Of a DNA stretch of 41,842 nt, positions 36,708 through 41,842 are shown piece by piece. The stretch is from Candidatus Faecenecus gallistercoris (lineage in GTDB: Bacteria; Bacillota_I; Bacilli_A; RF39; UBA660). The position numbers were made by a program, and so were the translations under genes. The stretch covers positions 1 to 41,842 of the forward strand of contig DVFU01000023.1 of the NCBI GenBank assembly GCA_018713065.1, written 5' to 3'. Below the pieces are notes generated by a model, which was given only the letters and a program-made list of their open reading frames with translations, made no database searches and was not told the origin of the DNA. Each line of letters starts with the position of its first letter. Position 1 is the stretch's first letter.

Positions 36708-37603
36708 TCCTCGTCAATAATACTTTGAGCAGCAATCGCGCCATCACTAACAGCAGTCACAATTTGATACAAACTCTTAGCAATCACATCCCCCGCTGCA
36801 TACACACCTGGAATCGATGTTTTCCTAGTTTCATCTACTATAATATACCCATTTTCATCCAAAATGTCTAGATGTTTCAAAAAATTCGTATTTGGAATTT
36901 CGCCAATAAAGATAAATACAGCAGCAAACGTTAACTTTTGTTCTCCATTGGGAGTAGATACCAAAACACTTTCCAAATGATCGTCACCGTAGAACTCTAA
37001 AACTTCACTTGAATACATGACTTCAATGTTCGGACACTTTTGGACAAGATCAATTAAGTATTCACTACGGGAAAACCGTTCTTGTCTGTAAATAATTGTT
37101 ACCTTAGAACAGATTTTAGAAAGAAAAAGTGCTTCTTTTAAGGCTGCATCGCCACCACCAATCACGGCGACCTCCTGATTCTTATACATCGGTCCATCAC
37201 ATGTCGCACAGTAACTGATGCCATGTCCCATGAATTTTTCTTCTCCAGGAACTCCTAATTTTCGAGGATTTCTTCCAGATGCGATGCACAAGTGATCAAA
37301 CGTAATTTCTCCATTCGTGCAAATAACTTTTTTCTCCTCACTAACTTGAACATCGATAACTTCGCCATATTGGTATGGATTATCGACACGGTCCAATTGT
37401 TCCATCAAATGAATTGCCAAATCTGGTCCTGAAATCGATAAAAAACCCGGATAATTTTCAATATCACTCGTTCTTAATACTTGTCCACCTGGCGCAGAAG
37501 ACTCTAATAAGACACAATCAATTCCTGCTCTTCTTAAATAAAGGGCGGTAGTCATACCAGCGACTCCCGCTCCGATAATAACTGTATTAAAATGTGATTT
37601 CAT
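36704..37603 (-). CDS. trxB: Thioredoxin-disulfide reductase
   Basis: FAD motif VIIGAGVAGMT and redox-active CATCDG. The start is at ATG 37603 after a GGAGG RBS, and it overlaps the lgt 3' end by 17 nt. Confidence 0.92.
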   Translation of the reverse strand: MKSHFNTVIIGAGVAGMTTALYLRRAGIDCVLLESSAPGGQVLRTSDIENYPGFLSISGPDLAIHLMEQLDRVDNPYQYGEVIDVQVSEEKKVICTNGEITFDHLCIASGRNPRKLGVPGEEKFMGHGISYCATCDGPMYKNQEVAVIGGGDAALKEALFLSKICSKVTIIYRQERFSRSEYLIDLVQKCPNIEVMYSSEVLEFYGDDHLESVLVSTPNGEQKLTFAAVFIFIGEIPNTNFLKHLDILDENGYIIVDETRKTSIPGVYAAGDVIAKSLYQIVTAVSDGAIAAQSIIDEE

Positions 37604-38399
37604 GATGTTCTTCCTCCTTATACAGATTGTCAAATTTAGAACCACGACGAGCAAAAATAAACAACAACACGCCAATTACAAATAACATGACGGAAATCAA
37701 TTGCGCAACTCTAAAGTTTCCTAACATCAAACTATCTGTTCGCATTCCTTCGATAACAAATCTGCCAAGCGAATACCAAATCAAATAGAATCCAGTCAAT
37801 TGACCTGTTTTTAAATATCTATAACGACGAATAATCAAAAGAGCAATAAATCCAAAGAAAGTCCAAATAGACTCATAAAGGAACGTTGGAATGCGGTATG
37901 CTCCATCGATATACATTCCTTGAATGATGAAATCCGGTAAATACATTCCTTGTAACGCCTCTAACGTAGTAACTGCTCCGTAAGCCTCTTGGTTAAAGAA
38001 ATTCCCCCAACGACCGATACATTGTCCAATCATCAAACCGACGACAGCGATATCTAAAATTTTAAGAGTACTAATTTTATACTTTTTCGTATAAAAGATA
38101 ATCCATAGAAGACCAGCAAATATTCCTCCATGAATAGCCAGTCCACCATTCCAAACTTCTAAAATCTCCAGTAAATGAGTAGAATAATAAGACCAATTGA
38201 ATGCTACATAATATGCTCTTGCACCAATTAAACCAAACACGACAGAATAAAAAATCAAATTTAACATAAAATCTTCATTGATATTCTGTTTTCTAGTTTC
38301 TCGAAAGATAAAAATACAAGCAACTAAAACACCAAGAAAAATCATCAAAGAATACCAATAAATTTGTATAATTCCTAAATCTAAGGCAACTCTATTCAT
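37587..38399 (-). CDS. lgt: Prolipoprotein diacylglyceryl transferase
   Basis: Polytopic protein with Lgt motifs (YYVAFNW, GRWGNFFNQEAYG). The start is at ATG 38399, after a GGAGG RBS. Confidence 0.92.
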   Translation of the reverse strand: MNRVALDLGIIQIYWYSLMIFLGVLVACIFIFRETRKQNINEDFMLNLIFYSVVFGLIGARAYYVAFNWSYYSTHLLEILEVWNGGLAIHGGIFAGLLWIIFYTKKYKISTLKILDIAVVGLMIGQCIGRWGNFFNQEAYGAVTTLEALQGMYLPDFIIQGMYIDGAYRIPTFLYESIWTFFGFIALLIIRRYRYLKTGQLTGFYLIWYSLGRFVIEGMRTDSLMLGNFRVAQLISVMLFVIGVLLFIFARRGSKFDNLYKEEEHHEITF

Positions 38400-38805
38400 G
38401 AATTCGAATCCTCCTAACAATCGGTTTTAATATCATACTTTGAAAGACCTGAAAACAGATCGTAATCAAAATTGCAATGAAGAAAACAACCCAAATATTT
38501 GCAACCGTAAACGCCGGTCCTAAAATCCAATCGGTAAGTTTTAACACAAAAACGTTTAAAACAAAGTAAAAGAGTCCAAAAGAGATACCTGTCAAAGGCA
38601 ACGTAATTTGAAAAAGAACAGGCTTGACAGTTACGTTGAGACCATAAATAATCAAGGTTGCTAATATACAGTAACCAAAATTACGAATCTGAAAAGATCG
38701 GAACAACCAAGTCATTACTTTTAAAATAAATGCATACGCAAATAAAGACATGACAAGGGCTATCAATCGTTTTACACGTTTCTGTTTAACCTGTTCTTGA
38801 ATCAT
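38392..38805 (-). CDS. DUF360 / phage-holin-4_2 family membrane protein (YvlD-like)
   Basis: Four-TM protein of 137 aa immediately downstream of uvrA. The family assignment comes from the overall pattern and from synteny with the yvl genes near uvrA in Bacillus, which I am recalling from memory. Confidence 0.6.
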   Translation of the reverse strand: MIQEQVKQKRVKRLIALVMSLFAYAFILKVMTWLFRSFQIRNFGYCILATLIIYGLNVTVKPVLFQITLPLTGISFGLFYFVLNVFVLKLTDWILGPAFTVANIWVVFFIAILITICFQVFQSMILKPIVRRIRIHE

Positions 38806-38812
38806 AACTCTC

Positions 38813-41620
38813 CTATAATAAATCTTTTAAATAATGGCCTGTAGCAGATTCTTCTACTTTTGCTACTTCTTCCGGTGTTCCAGTCGCAATCACCCTACCA
38901 CCATCATCGCCACCATTTGGTCCTAAGTCGATAATGTAATCGGCACATTTAATCACATCTAGATTGTGTTCTATGATTACTACTGTATCATTATTATCTA
39001 CTATTTTTTCAAATATTGCAAGCAGTCTTTTAATATCTTCTGAATGAAGTCCAGTCGTCGGTTCATCTAAAATATAAAGTGTTTTGCCAGTTGGCTTTTT
39101 CTGAAGTTCTTTCGCAAGTTTTACTCTTCCTGCTTCTCCTCCAGATAGTGTCGTTGCAGATTGACCTAGTTTAATATATCCTATGCCGACATCTTCTAAT
39201 ACTTGTAATTTTTTTGCAATACGAGGAACATTTTCAAAGAATTTAATTGCTTCGGAAACTCGCATATTCAAAACATCAGCAATATTTTTATCTTTAAACT
39301 TGATAGCCAAAGTCTCGCTATTGTAACGAGTACCATGACAAACTTCACATGGTACGTACACATCTGGCAAGAAATGCATTTCAATTTTCTTAACACCATC
39401 ACCGTAACATGCTTCACAACGTCCACCTTTTACGTTGAAAGAAAAGCGATTCTTGTTGTAACCCAACATTTTAGCTTCCTTCGTATTGGTAAATAATTCT
39501 CTGATGTCATCGAACACTCCCGTATAAGTAGCAGGATTACTACGTGGCGTGCGACCAATTGGATTTTGACTAATCTCTACGACCTTATCGATGTTTTCCA
39601 AACCTAAAATCTTTTTATGCTTACCAGGTTTTTCTTTCGATTTATATATTTTTTGATAAGCCGCACGGCATAAGATACTGTTGATTAACGTACTCTTACC
39701 AGAACCAGATACACCAGTCACTAAAGTAAGGGTACCAAGTGGAATTTTAACATCGATATTTTTTAAGTTGTGTTCTGTAGCACCTTTAATTTCAATGAAC
39801 TTACCATTTCCTTTTCGTCTCTTCTTGGGCACTGGAATAAATTCTTTTCCAGAAAGATATCGTCCGGTCAAACTATTTGGATTTTTCATTACTTCTTCCG
39901 GTGTTCCAGCAGCGACAATCTCACCACCAGCATCTCCTGCACCAGGTCCAACATCGACCAAATAGTCACTTTCACGCATCGTTTCCAAATCGTGTTCAAC
40001 GACAATCAACGTATTTCCTAAATCTCTCATCTTTAACAAAGAATCGATTAATTTACGATTATCACGCTCATGAAGACCGATAGAAGGTTCATCTAATACA
40101 TACAATACTCCAGAAAGAGCAGAACCAATCTGTGTCGCAAGACGAATTCTTTGTAACTCCCCACCAGAAAGAGTTCCCGCCGAACGACTCAACGTCAAAT
40201 AATCCAAACCGACATTAGATAAAAATTCCAAACGAGAAGAAATCTCTTTTAACAAAAGCCTAGCAATATTCTCTTGTTCCGTCGTTAGTTTTAAATTTTG
40301 AAAGAACGGAATCAAATGACGAATGCTCATGCAAGTTACTTCATAGATATTCTTGCCTCCAATTTGAACAGAAAGAACACTATCTTGAAGTCTTGCTCCA
40401 TGACAAGTTTCACATTCTTGTTCAAACATGTAACGCTCTAGCCAATCCCGAATCCATTCTGAACTCGTCTCCATATACCGACGTTCCAAATTATTGATAA
40501 TTCCTTCATAAAAATCTGTTTGATTCGTAACATTACCAGATTTAGAAGAATACTTAAAATGAATCAAATCTGGACTTCCATATAAAACAATGTTTTTTTC
40601 TTCTTGAGTTAATTTAGAAAATGCTTTCGTTGTCGAAATTTTATAATGTTTGCAGACACATTCTAAACGTTTGTAATAGATACTATCCGTATCATCCCCA
40701 AGAGTTACAATCGCACCTTCACTGATACTCTTAGAAGGATCTGGAATAACCAAATCTGGATCAATTTTTAATTTCACACCAAGACCTTTACAATCTGGAC
40801 ATGCCCCGTATGGAGCATTAAATGAAAACATACGAGGTTCCAATTCCGGTAATGAAAAATCGCATTCTGGACAAGCGAACTGTTCTGAAAAGACAAGTTC
40901 TTTATCTCCCAAAACGTTAATGACAACTTTTCCATGAGCAAGTCTTGTCGCAGTTTCAATCGACTCATAAAGTCTACTACGAACATTTTCTTTCATGACG
41001 ATACGGTCTACTACTACTTGAATTGTAGACTTTTTATTTTTATCTAACTCGATAGATTCACTTAAATCGAACATCTCGCCATTTATTTTAACACGTACGA
41101 ATCCTTCTTTTCGTAAGTCATCCAATAAATCTTTGTGAGTTCCTTTTTCCCCATGAACAACTGGTGCTAAAATCTCCATTCGTGTTCCTTCCGGATATTC
41201 CATAACTTTATTTGTCATCTCTTCGACACTTTGATGAGAAATTGGAATATGATGAATCGGACAATAAGGAGTCCCGACACGTGCAAACAAAAGACGCAAA
41301 TAATCATAAATTTCCGTAACAGTACCTACTGTTGATCTTGGATTTTGACTTGTCGTCTTCTGATCGATACTAATCGATGGACTTAATCCCTCAATTGAAT
41401 CGACATCAGGCTTCTCTGTATTTCCTAAAAATTGTCTTGCATAAGCCGATAAACTCTCCACATACCGACGTTGTCCTTCTGCAAAAATCGTATCGAATGC
41501 CAAACTACTTTTACCAGAACCAGATACACCAGTCATGACGATCAATTTGTTTTTTGGCAACTCCAAATTAACGTTTTTTAAGTTATTTTCACGAGCCCCT
41601 TTAATTACAATTTTATCCAT
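38813..41620 (-). CDS. uvrA: Excinuclease ABC subunit UvrA
   Basis: 935 aa with two ABC modules (GVSGSGKSSL and GVSGSGKSTL) and zinc-finger Cys clusters (CPECDF...CPDC; CEAC...CEVC). Confidence 0.97.
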   Translation of the reverse strand: MDKIVIKGARENNLKNVNLELPKNKLIVMTGVSGSGKSSLAFDTIFAEGQRRYVESLSAYARQFLGNTEKPDVDSIEGLSPSISIDQKTTSQNPRSTVGTVTEIYDYLRLLFARVGTPYCPIHHIPISHQSVEEMTNKVMEYPEGTRMEILAPVVHGEKGTHKDLLDDLRKEGFVRVKINGEMFDLSESIELDKNKKSTIQVVVDRIVMKENVRSRLYESIETATRLAHGKVVINVLGDKELVFSEQFACPECDFSLPELEPRMFSFNAPYGACPDCKGLGVKLKIDPDLVIPDPSKSISEGAIVTLGDDTDSIYYKRLECVCKHYKISTTKAFSKLTQEEKNIVLYGSPDLIHFKYSSKSGNVTNQTDFYEGIINNLERRYMETSSEWIRDWLERYMFEQECETCHGARLQDSVLSVQIGGKNIYEVTCMSIRHLIPFFQNLKLTTEQENIARLLLKEISSRLEFLSNVGLDYLTLSRSAGTLSGGELQRIRLATQIGSALSGVLYVLDEPSIGLHERDNRKLIDSLLKMRDLGNTLIVVEHDLETMRESDYLVDVGPGAGDAGGEIVAAGTPEEVMKNPNSLTGRYLSGKEFIPVPKKRRKGNGKFIEIKGATEHNLKNIDVKIPLGTLTLVTGVSGSGKSTLINSILCRAAYQKIYKSKEKPGKHKKILGLENIDKVVEISQNPIGRTPRSNPATYTGVFDDIRELFTNTKEAKMLGYNKNRFSFNVKGGRCEACYGDGVKKIEMHFLPDVYVPCEVCHGTRYNSETLAIKFKDKNIADVLNMRVSEAIKFFENVPRIAKKLQVLEDVGIGYIKLGQSATTLSGGEAGRVKLAKELQKKPTGKTLYILDEPTTGLHSEDIKRLLAIFEKIVDNNDTVVIIEHNLDVIKCADYIIDLGPNGGDDGGRVIATGTPEEVAKVEESATGHYLKDLL

Positions 41621-41671
41621 AATATCACTTTCTTTCTACTTCAAAAACCTTCGGTTTTACATTGCGTTCTT

Positions 41672-41700
41672 ATTATAAAATAGGAACAAATGTTTGTCAA
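41672..41700 (-). promoter_or_regulatory. Consensus sigma-A promoter of uvrA
   Basis: On the minus strand: -35 TTGACA (41695-41700), 17-nt spacer, -10 TATAAT (41672-41677). Confidence 0.75.
41684..41695 (-). promoter_or_regulatory. LexA (Cheo/SOS) box within the uvrA promoter spacer
   Basis: GGAACAAATGTTTG matches the Gram-positive consensus CGAACATATGTTCG at 11 of 14 positions (core GAAC-N4-GTTt). It lies between the -35 and -10 hexamers. Confidence 0.7.
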
Positions 41701-41705
41701 CGACA

Positions 41706-41729
41706 AAGAAAAAAGAGACCGAAGTCTCT
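41706..41729 (-). terminator. Rho-independent terminator of the upstream (partial) gene
   Basis: On the minus strand: AGAGAC-ttcg-GTCTCT followed by TTTTTTCTTT. Confidence 0.75.
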
Positions 41730-41738
41730 TTAAAATCA

Positions 41739-41842
41739 CTATGCAGCACGGTCGTATGAAGTTTCATCTTTCAAAACTTTTACTCTAGCACTACGTTTAT
41801 GATTATTAATATCATTCATAATATCTTGTATACGATTTTCAC
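41739..41842 (-). CDS. 3' end of an unidentified minus-strand gene that continues beyond the window
   Basis: The open frame runs to the window edge and ends ...ENRIQDIMNDINNHKRSARVKVLKDETSYDRAA-stop (TAG complement at 41739-41741). A terminator follows it. The position is where uvrB is often found, but no UVR-domain motif is visible. Confidence 0.4.
   Translation of the reverse strand, partial: ENRIQDIMNDINNHKRSARVKVLKDETSYDRAA

Noticed and set aside
1647-40083. Numerous 60-120-aa plus-strand ORFs in the track, for example 1647-1832, 3703-4071, 8993-9277, 14001-14294, 18818-19114, 26226-26501 and 39681-39965.
   Set aside because: All lie antisense to long, well-supported minus-strand genes. 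They have low-complexity or odd compositions and no RBS, and they are the expected shadow frames of AT-rich coding DNA.

Overview
AT-rich Firmicutes-type chromosomal segment. The gene content (spo0A, whiA, ECF module after rplQ, alMGS-like glycolipid synthase, no rpmD or map) suggests an Erysipelotrichia- or Clostridia-like lineage, but that is inference only. Every gene except clpP is on the minus strand.

Layout in window coordinates:
- 135-3138: truA and an ECF-transporter energizing module.
- 3228-3983: an inserted SDR gene with its own promoter and terminator.
- 4083-17435: the complete alpha/spc/S10 ribosomal-protein superoperon, rplQ back to rpsJ. It includes rpmJ, which falls below the ORF-track size cut-off.
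- 17637-23597: a five-gene accessory operon.
- 23704-24480: spo0A.
- 24629-30437: a rearranged glycolytic operon, gap-nudix-pgk-[flippase-like + GT4]-tpiA-small ORF.
- 30597-33035: a large DUF4116-type tandem-repeat protein.
- 33166-34815: a TGS-uridine-kinase fusion.
- 34915-41620: clpP (+), whiA, trxB, lgt, a DUF360 membrane protein and uvrA.

I saw no rRNA, tRNA, CRISPR array, transposase or integrase.

The best candidate for an undescribed system is the 17.6-23.7 kb operon. It has a mirror-symmetric order: AAA_14/DUF4143-type ATPase, HExxH protein, Y-family DNA polymerase, HExxH protein, ClpX-derived ATPase. The ClpX-derived ATPase keeps the ClpP-docking IGF tripeptide. It has lost the N-terminal zinc domain and the GYVG pore-loop tyrosine, and it carries a novel N-terminal domain of about 260 aa.

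Secondary points of interest:
- an ECF ATPase pair whose catalytic motifs are degenerate in a complementary way;
- membrane-glycolipid genes translationally coupled inside the glycolytic operon;
- a 75-nt in-frame tandem-repeat array with near-identical DNA copies;
- a textbook LexA-box promoter at uvrA that the Y-family polymerase operon lacks.
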